Origin: Tubiluchus corallicola
Lineage: Eukaryota > Animalia > Priapulida
Length of the DNA: 64,000 nt
Reading direction: 5' to 3'
Assembly: GCA_030141605.1 (NCBI GenBank)
Contig: JAQGDQ010000513.1
Location: forward strand, 62,001 to 126,000
Shown: one piece after another, positions 53,454 through 64,000 of the stretch
Layout of the letters: every line of letters begins with the position of its first letter
How positions within the stretch are numbered: the stretch's first letter is position 1
Notes under the pieces: model-generated
The model's input: the letters and a program-made list of their open reading frames with translations, nothing else
Databases searched by the model: none
Told to the model about the DNA's origin: nothing
Translations under genes and position numbers: made by a program

Positions 53454-54408
53454 TTTCACCAATTGCATTTCAATTGCTGGAACCGTGAAAACACTTATGC
53501 TTGATAAGTCAGCTCACGTTTCCGGATTGCAAATTTGCAATAATCGCGAATTTTGAATGATGGACAAAGTTAGTTCTGCAAGGATGAAGAAGAAAAAGCT
53601 GCCGCGATGGCTTCATTGTGAGCGCGTATTGATTGGGTAAATTTCGTGCGTGTTCTATGACTTAATTCCGTTGGACTCGTCATACCGCGAAATTCGTCTG
53701 AATCGTCAGAGCCGGGGGAATTCTCAATAGTTTGCTGTCAAACATGTTCACCCAGTTATAATCAGTGTTCGCAGAAGTACTATGGAAATTCTCGCGTGTA
53801 GCTCGAGTACTGTCGTAACTGATTACGTATCAACCACCATCCCATTCGTGTTAAATACCATTTACGCTATGAGCGTCTCGCATTTCCTTTTATTTGAGGA
53901 CATCCGGACAAGGAAGCCACAATTCGCGCATGCGCTTTATTTTCTTAGTATTATTTTATCACAGCATTCAATTAATATCAACCTGTCAGAAAGACATCAG
54001 CTTCTTTTGAAGTGTTTACATTCGTAGAAATCTAGAAATGCTTTGCAGTCGTCTTTATACTCATCGGTTGAAGTGGCCTAAAAGCAATGTTATATTTTAT
54101 TTATATCTTTATTTCAGTACAAAAATGTCATATAAATGTCACTCATTATTTCATATGTCATATAAATGTCACGCAGTACAGGATAAAAGACATATTTACA
54201 GTTATAAGTGGTAGTAAAATAGGTATATAATACGCTGCAAAAGTAATATAAAAACAGCACACACGTAATGAAACGTATAGTGTGGTTAATACAAGATTCT
54301 AATATTTGATAATCACAGAATGTAAAACGACAGTAGGATTAGCGAGAAATTTCTTTCAGGTGTAGACATTCGTTTAAATGCACGCATGCTGAAATACGTG
54401 TCATCACT

Positions 54409-54572
54409 TTAAAGGAAAAGAGCATGATTTTTCACAACCTGCTGCGATATCGAAGTACGGTATGATTACCCCCCATAGCGAGCTGAACTAGTGATGATCA
54501 CAATATTCAACAGCACAAACATTCCACGAGCGTGTTGCACTTGTTTGCGAAAGCGAAAATTGAAGTACAGCG

Positions 54573-54620
<48 letters not shown>
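54409..54620 (+). mobile_element. Truncated family A element ending in (TA)n
   Basis: ttaaaggaaaagagcatgatttt...gcgaaaattgaagtacagcgct followed by about 22 TA repeats. Confidence 0.65.
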
Positions 54621-54623
<3 letters not shown>

Positions 54624-55044
54624 AAATTACGTTAATCAAATGTATTGTTGTACAATAAGCTATATCATACGACGTATCTATACGATGATATGTCTTCCTA
54701 GCACTGAAGAGCTGTACATTTAACTACCTGGATGAATAATAGCCTGTCTGCACTACTAGAAACTGCATTGTAAATTATGCATGCCTGGTAATAGAATTTA
54801 CATCCCCTGCGCAATTGCTTTGTTGTTATGGGAATGGGATTTATATGACATGATAATTACTAGACGTAATACTCGATAAACACTCTACTCAAGGGGCTAT
54901 CTAGTTGCATGTGCATTTTCAATTAGCTGCTCTCTTGTCAACTTCCCTGGCACAAGCGTAGCAGCTGAGTAGAACGAATATTAAACGAAAAACGAGGCGT
55001 CTTAAGGTAAAGGTAAAAAAATGAATTCATGCCTTTTAAGGAGT

Positions 55045-55715
55045 TTAAAACACAAGAAAACCCTCTGCTTTCATAAAGCTTGAAATTTTATACCACTTAC
55101 GCAGCCTTTTTGCATGCAGGGCTTGCGTCGGCAATAACGCTGTATAAAACTTGTAAATTTAAGCTCTCGTGATGACCGTTAGGCGCAACCATTTTGACGG
55201 TCAGTCATTTTAAACAAGTTAAAATAACATTGCGAAAGTTTGAAAAAAAATCTGAACATTCGTAGCGCACACGTCGCTAATTAAGTAAAATTTAAAGTTA
55301 CTGTATTTTTGTCAATAAGATTAAAAATACGTTTTTTGGTTAGTGAGTGGTGCACCCTGGAGGTGAGTTAGCAACATTTTACAAATTGCTGAAAACATTT
55401 TAAATAGTTAATAATTTTCTTTTCTAATTACATAACTCTTTCCGGCAGGTTAGCGAAATGCTAAGTAACATAATTTTGCGTAGGAAGTTTTTTGGGACAT
55501 AGTTTAGCAGCATTTCCTTTTCTTCCCTTGATTAAGGTGTGCGTATATGACGTCATGTAATGGCGCCCTCGGAACAACATTGCGGGAGATTTAAAATGAA
55601 AACAAAAATCCTTTCAACATGAGTACAACATACTCATAAAAATGCTGTAAAGTAATATATTTTTAAGGTGATTTTTCTGAAACCTACTTCAGGTACTCCT
55701 TTTCTTGTCCTGTAA
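55045..55715 (-). mobile_element. Family B Kolobok-like element
   Basis: ttaaaacacaagaaaa ... ttttcttgtcctgtaa, same orientation as 8995. Confidence 0.8.
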
Positions 55716-55914
55716 AGATTTATGATATAAACTCCGCGTACGGCTTCAAATGCACAGAACGCTGAATCTGAAAAGCTCTCTAAATTAGCAAAAATTAAAG
55801 AAATATATAAGGCGTAGGAAATTTACGCGTTGAAGAAATAAGAGTGTTGTGGTAAGACTAAGTAAAACGGAAAGTTTGCTTAGTGCGGCACATTATTTCA
55901 GCTAGTTACTTCTC

Positions 55915-56157
55915 TTTTCTAGTTACAAAAGTTTCCAGCAGGTAAGCGAAATACTAAGCAATATAGATTCGCATGGGAAGTTTTTTTGAACATAATTTAA
56001 CATTTCCGTTTCTTCCCCTGATTTACGGTATTGAGGAGATTCCGTAAATTCCTTTCAACGCGAGTACGATATATGCATATATTGTTTTAAAATAATGTAA
56101 TTTTTTAAAGCAATTTTTCTGAAACCTGCTTCAGGTACCCCTTTTCTTATCGTTTAA
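55915..56157 (-). mobile_element. Partial family B element
   Basis: tttctgaaacctgcttcaggtaccccttttcttatcgtttaa terminus. Confidence 0.7.
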
Positions 56158-57087
56158 AAGCCAAAAACACATTTGAGCTTTTTAACAATTCTGACTTTAT
56201 AAAAAGCTGGTACAAATTCATTGAAGGTTGAAGTATTTAGGTTTACTATTGCTGCTGCTTCGTTGCCAAATTATTACTAAGCATTTGTTGAGTGTGCAAA
56301 AGCTGATTTTGTTTTGTTTGAGGTTTGTTTGTTTGTTTGCAAGTTGATTTATTGATTTATTTGCTTTTATTATTTGCTGAAACTTCGTTCTTTGCAGGCA
56401 TTATTGGTGTTAAAGATGAACAGTAGTTTAGCTTAAACACGTTTTTATTGAATAACAAGGACTACAATACGCCTTGAGCTGGCAGTTTTAACTACTGATG
56501 AATGTTCTCACCAATGAAACGTAGAGTGTTGAGAATTGCATCAATATTATTAGAGTATTAGTTTTACGTAATTATGATGTCAAATGCAGAAGCCCAGGTT
56601 CGTTTTGGATAAACTAGTAAGTGTTATTCAAAGTATTTAGTTTAAGCATTAAGAAATATTGCAATATTGCTTGAACAGACAGTTTTTAACAACTGATAAA
56701 TGTTTTCACCAATGAAACGTAACACTTAGTAGAGTGCAGACAATAGACAAACAGTAGAAGCATTATAGTATGACTACTAGAAGTATAGACACATACATAC
56801 ATAATGCTGAGAAAGACATTAATATTACTATGTAAACATTGTAAACTAATAGAATGGTTAGAAGCGCTTAGCAAAAAAATACAAATTTCTGTTCAAACTT
56901 AAATACTTGGATATTAATAGTTATGTTTAAGTTTTGATTGCCATGACGAAGCAGATAAACGAGTTCATTTGTTGACAGATTATAAATTCTAATATTATGA
57001 GGAATTATTCATTTCAAGAATGAAGAAGCTTTACGTGACAGTTAAAACTGGTGATATACTTGCACGTATATATATAGCTTAATAATT

Positions 57088-58366
57088 ATGTTGTTACGTT
57101 ACGTTACGTTACGTTACGTTACGTTGTGATGTTGTGTTGTGTTGTATTGTATTGTGTTGTGTTGTGTTATGTTATGTTATGTTATGTTACGTTATGTTAT
57201 GTTATGTTATGTTATGTTATGTTATGTTATGTTATGTTATGTTATGTTATGTTATGTTATGTTATGTTATCTTTTATTTTCTTATGTTATGTTATGTTAT
57301 CTTTTGTTTTATTATGTTATGTTATGTTATGTTATGTTATGTTATGTTATGTTATGTTGTGTTATGTTATGTTATGTTATGTTATGTTATGTTATGTTAT
57401 GTTATGTTATGTTATGTTATGTTATGTTATGTTATGTTATGTTATGTTTTGTTTTATTATGTTATGTTATGTTATGTTATGTTATGTTATGTTATGTTAT
57501 GTTATGTTATGTTATGTTATGTTATGTTATGTTATGTTATGTTATGTTATGTTATGTTATGTTATGTTATGTTATGTTATGTTATGTTATGTTATGTTAT
57601 GTTTTATTATGTTGTGTTGTGTTGTGTTGTGTTGTGTTGTGTTGTGTTGTGTTGTGTTGTGGTGTGGTGTGGTGTGGTGTGGTGTGGTGTGGTGTGGTGT
57701 GGTGTGGTGTGGTGTGGTGTGGTGTGGTGTGGTGTGGTGTGGTGTGGTGTGGTGTTGTGTTGTGTTATGTTATCTTATCTTATCTCATGTTAAGTTGTGT
57801 TGTGATGCGATGCCATGCTATACTATGCTATGTTATGCTATGCTATGCTATGCTATGTTATGTTATGTTAAGTTATGTTGTTACATTACGTTACGTTACG
57901 TAATGTTGTGTTGTGTTGTGTTGTGATGTTGTGTTGTGATGTTGTGTTGTGTTGTGTTGTGTTGTGTTGTGTTATGTTATGTTGTGTTGTGTTGTGTTGT
58001 GTTGTGTTGTGTTGTGTTGTGATGTGATGTGATGTGATGTGGAGTGGTGTGGTGTGGTGTTGTGTTGTGTTATGTTATGTTATCTTATGTTAAGTTGTGT
58101 TATGATGCGATGCGATGCTATACTATGCTATGTTATGTTATGCTATGCTATGCTATGCTACGCGATGCTATGCTATGCTATGCTATGCTATGCTATGCTA
58201 TGCTATGCTATGCTATGCTATGCTATGCTATGCTATGCTATGCTATGCTATGCTATGCTATGCTATGCTATGCTATGTTATGTTATGTTATGTTATGTTA
58301 TGTTATGTTATGTTATGTTATGTTATGTTATGTTATGTTATGTTATGTTATGTTATGTTATGTTAT
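57088..58366. repeat. Compound pentanucleotide microsatellite (TTATG/TTGTG/GTGTG/CTATG/TTACG)
   Basis: About 1.3 kb of 5-bp-periodic blocks. Source of the CYVML ORFs. Confidence 0.98.
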
Positions 58367-58548
58367 CAGTCCGGGTCAGAAATTAAAGACAGTAATCCCA
58401 AAATTGATTCTTCATAAATCCAAATTCAGAAAGAAATGACTAATTTTCAGTTCTTGTCTTCCGGGAAATCACCTGCGTTGGAAGTTTTCGTTTTCGTTTA
58501 GTTTTGCAATGCGACCTTTCGAATTTTTTCTCAGTTAATACGATACAC

Positions 58549-59162
58549 TAAAGGAAAACCGGACCCAATGTTAAATTGTAGATCAAAATAATCTACTTGT
58601 TAACATATTGAAAGAAAAAAGTCACTATTTTTTCAAAAATGATTTACGTGAAAGAATTAGTACCACACAAACACAATTTTGCGTTCGCGTCACTTTTTGC
58701 TGTTACATGCATTTTGCCTTTCGCTAGTTAAACGGGCACTAGCGCCTGCATTTCAAAAACGCATTACACAAAAACAGGTACTGTACCTGTCAGTTCGGAA
58801 ATGTTAGTTTGTGACGAACTACACACGTTCGACAGCTCATGCGGCAAATTTGAAATTTCAATTTTTATCTTAAAACTTGCCTAGTTTTAGTACAACACAC
58901 TGAATATCTCACAGTAGCGCTGTACTTCAATTTTCGCTTTTGCAAACACGTGTAATACGCTCGTGGAATATTTTTGCAGTTGAAAATTATGTTAGTTTGT
59001 GACGTTATCAATAGTTGGGCTCGCCTGCCATTAATTAAGATTTTAATCTATTATTTAATGATCGGAAGTCCTCTTGCAGTATTATTGGTGTTAAAATGTG
59101 CACTTTTTACCGTACTTGAAAACGAGGTAGTGTATATGAAAAATCATCCTATCTTCCTTTAA
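58549..59162 (-). mobile_element. Family A element, near full length
   Basis: taaaggaaaaccggacccaat ... aaatcatcctatcttcctttaa. Confidence 0.8.
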
Positions 59163-59845
59163 TTGTTTTATGACAAATTATTATTTCTTTAGGTCAAAGT
59201 ACGAGATTTTTTCGGGCATTTTGATAAATTATTGATTTTTTGGACTGTTTTCTTTACTTCACCTATCTCGGTTGCGTTGGCGCATGCGCGTGCGAGAGAG
59301 ATCTGTGCTTTTGACCGCAGTTTCTCTTCCGTAGAACAACCCAAGTGTATAATGATTCACTTCATCCAGTCTTACATGATCTAGTGACTGTCATATGCCG
59401 TCATTTGTTCTCTAGAGAAATGACACTAATTTTTGAAATTTTAGTGTGACAATATCGTAGATATTATCTGTAGAAACTCTACCGTCTTTTGTTTTCATCA
59501 AAATCTTGAGGAAATAAAAAAAGTAGCAGCAGTTAAACAACAGTTATTCTGTCACTGATTAGTCTTAGAATGGTAGGAATTAAATAGCGTAAACATCTCT
59601 ACGTTTGTAGCTGAAATGTGCTACACTAAGCAAACTTTCTGTTTTACTTACTTAGTCTTACCACAACGCTCTTATTTCTTGAACGCGTAAATTTCAAATG
59701 CCAAATATATCTTTCTAATTTATGCTAATTTAGAGAGCTTTTGAGATTCAGCGTTCAGTGCATTTGAAGCCGTACGCGGAGTTTATATCATAAATCTTTA
59801 ATCTCATGCTCTCTGCTACGTACACGGAATTTGTGTCATAAATCT

Positions 59846-60512
59846 TTAAAGGACAAGAAAGGGGTGCCTGAAGTAGATTATATAGTACTATTATTTTATA
59901 ACATTTTTATGTGTATATCGTATATGCGTTTATTTGTTTTCATTTTAAATCTCCCGCAATAGTGTTCCAATGGCGCCATTACATGACGTCATATACGCAC
60001 ACCTTAATCAAGGGAAGAAAAGGAAATGCTGCTAAACTATGTCCCAAAAAACTTCCTACGCAAAATTATGTTACTTAGCATTTCGCTAACCTGCCGGAAA
60101 GAGTTATGTAATTAGAAAAGAAAATTATTAACTATTTAAAATGTTTTCAGCAATTTGTAAAATGTTGCTAACTCACCCTCCATGGTGCACCACTCACTAA
60201 CCAAAAAACGTATTTTTAATGTAATTGACTAGATACATTAATTTAAAATTTTACTTAGTTAGCGACGTGTGCGCTACGAATGTTCTGATTATTTTTTCAA
60301 ACTTTACGCAATGTTGTCTAAACTTGTTTCAAAAAACTCATGGTCAAAATGGCTGCACCTAACGCTCATCGCGGGAGTTTAAATTTACATGTTTTGTACA
60401 ACGTTACCGCCGACGCAAGCCCCGCGTACAAAATGGTAGTATGTAAGTGGTATAAAATTTCGAGACGAATTTTTTAAACTTTATGTGAATTGAGGATGTT
60501 CTTGTGCTTTAA
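59846..60512 (+). mobile_element. Family B element
   Basis: ttaaaggacaagaaag ... ttcttgtgctttaa. Clear TIRs and TTAA ends. Confidence 0.85.
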
Positions 60513-60700
60513 TCGCGTGTTCTCTTTATGTAAGTTGAGGGTGTTCTTGTGCTTTAGTCGCGTGTTCTCTTTATGTAAGTTGAGGGTGTTCTTGTACTTT
60601 ATTCGCGTGTTCTCTTTATGTAAGTTTGGGGTTTTCTTGTGCTTTAATCGCGTGTTCTCTTTATGTAAGTTGGGGGTTTTCTTGTACTTCAATCGCATGT
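60481..60700. repeat. 45-bp tandem repeat, about 5 copies, spanning the family B terminus
   Basis: ttatgtaagttgagggtgttcttgtgctttaatcgcgtgttctct repeated. Confidence 0.9.
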
Positions 60701-61480
60701 TTTCTACTACATGTATTTGATTTCATTTAAAATTTTAAATAAAAGTTATCTATGACTTCGTGGAAAGTTATCTATGACTTTGTGGAATACGTACCCTCTG
60801 TCCTGTGACACCAATTTGTTTCAGTTTTCAGTTTTTCGACAAGAACATGCATTTCATTGCAGGCACCGGAAATTAGGAATTTGCTTATGCAAATCAGCTG
60901 TAAAGCCAAGCTTAGCGTTTGTGGTTTCACACGCTGTGTACACGTGATCTCTGGAATCCTTTGCAAATGGCGTCAGCTTAGAGAGAAAACCACCTAGATT
61001 TTGTTAAGAATCGAATTGACCAAAGAAATGAAGGTCTTTCAACTTTGCTTAATTGCGCATTTTCAAGCTTTTCTGAATTAATGATCTGGTCAGCATTGTC
61101 TGGCAATGTTTGTTGGTTGTTAATCGTCATAATAATTAACCTAATAATGCGGGTTGTATTGGATTTGCAGTATGCCGTGTATGTGCAGTACTTACATCGG
61201 ACTGAAGAGGGTGGTATTTTTATTTCGCCTGTATTCGTTGTTATTATATGGGCAGGTCTACTGCTTTTTTGTTGCGACACGAAGCGCAGGATCCCCGGAG
61301 TTTGGTCATGCTGTTGTTGTTGATGATGGTGGCATTGTTGTTATCAAATTTGAAGGCTGTCACAGGCCACAGTTTTTACTGTGGGAGAATACATTTTTGC
61401 ATGAAAATGTTACGGACCATTGCACAGGCGGAAACGGAACCCGATTTTCAGTTTCCCAACACGGCCTGCAAAAATTTCCG

Positions 61481-62014
61481 TTAGAGAAAAACCGGGCGAC
61501 TCTTAAACTGTAGGTCAAAGCTATATGCTCTTTAAAATATTGAACTGACGTATACTATTTTTTTCAAATATGACTTCTGTTAAAGAATTATTGTCACACA
61601 ACCAGTTCTTCGCTGTTACATGCATTTCGCCATTCGTTAGTTAGACGGACACTAGCGCCTGCATTTTGGAAGCGCATTGCACAAAAACGGGTGCTGTACC
61701 TCGCAGTTCAGATGTCTTAGTTTATGATGTACTGCACACGCTAGACAGCTCAGCGGCAAATTTGAATTTTTATGGTAAGCTTGCCTAGTTTTAGCAGAAC
61801 ACACTGAATTACTTACATGCTCGTGGAATCGTTTTTTGCTGTTGAAAATTATGTTAGTTTGTGATGTCATCAATAGCTGGGCTCGCCTGCCGTTAATTAA
61901 GTTTTTAATCTATTATTTAATTATCAGAAACGTTTTGCGGCATTATTGGTGTTAAAATTTTTATCGGACTTGAAAATGGGGGTAACATATGAAACATCAT
62001 CCTGTCTTCTTTAA
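61481..62014 (-). mobile_element. Family A element
   Basis: Family core. Ends catcatcctgtcttctttaa. Confidence 0.75.
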
Positions 62015-62520
62015 TTTTTTACTGTATTATTTACAGCAAGTATTAACTGTGTTAAAATGTATGCTTATTACCGTACTTGAAAATGCGGTAGTATATGAGA
62101 ATCATTCTTACTTTAACATCAGTTTGTAGCTCCCTTCATCTGGTCTTCCTTTAAATACGAAAAAAAACAACGTGTATAAGTTAAATCCATTTAATGGACG
62201 CGATTCACGTTGTCGTATCGTTTCATCATAATGCATATTCTAAATTGTGTTTTCTAAACTTTTACGAAAATGCGAAAAAAATCCGATAATTGTAAACCCT
62301 TCTCTTGATTTTTGTATGGAAGCCATTAACTTTGCAAGAAATGAGCTTGTAGGTCGTGCCGTATTCAAGCACATCAGTGCTTCTAGTTTAGTTGAATGGC
62401 TTCAGAGCTTTTGCATGTACTTCTCTTACCCCTTGGCTTCACAGTTTTAAAGCTAGAGAAATGTAATGTGTGATAGTATAGATACAAACCGAGTTCAGGC
62501 TCTTCTGATGAACTAACAAT

Positions 62521-62818
62521 CAGGTGTGAACGTTCTCTACCAGAAAGCGAATTCGAATCGAAACGAATTTGCGACTTTCGGATTGGAATCGAATTTTAGT
62601 ATTTCGAATCCGAATCTAATTCGCGTTGAGTTTGAAAGATTTTCGAACACGTTTTCCGAACCATTAATAAAAAGTGGTCTTACAAAGATAGTGCATAGTG
62701 CTTGATTTTGTTCTGCAGTAAAACCACTATTAGTTTGTTAAAGATTTTGCACAGAAACTGCAGTTAAATTGTGCTAATTGCATGCTGTTTCAAGCATTTT
62801 AATGATAAAGAACATGTC
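62521..62818 (+). mobile_element. Partial copy of the 34178 hAT-like MITE
   Basis: ttctctaccagaaagcgaattcgaatcgaa... is shared with 34190 onward. Confidence 0.75.
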
Positions 62819-63289
62819 GACAGATACATCTGACGTGGTTGTAGAGAACGGAAACGTGTCTGTGGTTTAGCGTTTGTCAAGTTTTCCACGAAAGATGGCT
62901 GCTGTTCATTTTTAGTCAGTTGAACTATTCCGTCACATTTGTGGCAGTTGGCTTCGTCGTTTTCTGCGATTGGTTTCAATTCGAAAAACTATATTTACAG
63001 CATTCAGAACGGACGCAGGTGGTGAAATTGTATTTTTGTAATTTGATATTTGATATTTTGTCGAAGATCGTGGAACGAACTTTTTTAACATCTACTTCTC
63101 AAATGAAGCCATTTTCGACCGTCACCGTAACATATTTTCTAAAATCGCTAAGGGGATTACTTTATTCAAGAATGCAGTAAATAAACATTCTAGTAACCAA
63201 AAACATATGGAAGTGAAGGAGTTTGTCTAAAAATTTTTTCTCGAAACTTCACCACTCTTATATAATAACGAAACCATGTAATTGTGTGT

Positions 63290-63962
63290 TTAAAGGACAA
63301 AAAAGGGGCACCTGAGGTAGGTTTCAGAAATATCGCCTTAAAAATTATACTACTTTACAGCAATTTTATGCACATATCGTACTCGCGTTGAAAGGAATTT
63401 CTGTTTGTCTTCATTTTAAATCTCCCGCAATACTGTTCCGACGGCGCCATTACATGACGTCACTACGCCACGTAAATCAGGGGAAGAAAAGACAATGTTA
63501 AACTATGACCCAAAAACTTTCCGTGCAAATCTATATTACTTAGCATTTCACTTATCTCCTGGAAAGACTTATGTAACTAGACTAATAATTTAAAATGTTC
63601 GTGCCAATTGGTAAAATGACTCTGACTCACCCTCCAGGGTGCGCCACTCACTAGTCAAAAACGTATTTTTAATCTTATTGACAAGATACAGTAATTTAAA
63701 ATATTACTTAATTAGCAAAATGTATGCTACAAAAGCTCTGATTATTTTTTCAATCTTTACTTAATGTTGTCTAAACTTGTTTCAAACGACCTACCATTAA
63801 AATGGCTGCGCCTAACTGTCATCGCGGGAGTTTAAATTTACACGTTTTGTACAGCGTTACGGCCGATGCAAGTCATGCATACGAAAAGGTAGTATATCAA
63901 GTGTTATAACATTTCGAGAAGAATTTTTTTAGCTTTATGTAAGTTGAGGGTTTTCTTATTAA
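63290..63962 (+). mobile_element. Family B element
   Basis: ttaaaggacaaaaaagggg ... gagggttttcttattaa. Confidence 0.8.
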
Positions 63963-64000
63963 GTTCACATAAGCCGAAAAATGCTATGGGGCGCGTGGAT

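Noticed and set aside
57126-58439. Long CYVML/CYAML ORFs
   Set aside because: Translations of pentanucleotide repeats, open in all three frames.
60978-61513. Cluster of overlapping ORFs up to 119 aa
   Set aside because: No recognisable domain or convincing splice sites, and one ORF runs into a family A element.

Overview
AT-rich, repeat-dense animal genomic DNA, apparently from an invertebrate protostome, and not prokaryotic. The one confident host gene is SPOP/roadkill (MATH-BTB Cullin-3 adaptor) on the + strand. Seven GT-AG coding exons between 13838 and 30201 splice in frame into 348 aa ending ...[11 protein letters not shown]. The first coding exon (about 26 aa, ...WCYTQ in orthologues) was not found and probably lies upstream of the window. 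A long, transposon-free putative 3' UTR follows the stop. The rest is mostly a transposon and tandem-repeat landscape. It includes two abundant TTAA-flanked (Kolobok-like) non-autonomous families, hAT-like MITEs with 8-bp and with 6-bp target duplications, pogo/Tigger elements, Harbinger-derived inverted fragments, a tRNA-derived SINE, decayed LINEs and many mini- and microsatellites. I found no CRISPR array and no clearly novel protein system. The most notable observations are a minisatellite with higher-order structure born inside a LINE RT region, a 206-bp perfectly homogenised tract between two diverged inverted transposon copies, an intronic Harbinger-derived hairpin next to a SPOP donor, and a templated inverted insertion. 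Possible SPOP splice variants and weak candidate first exons of an unidentified downstream gene are speculative.
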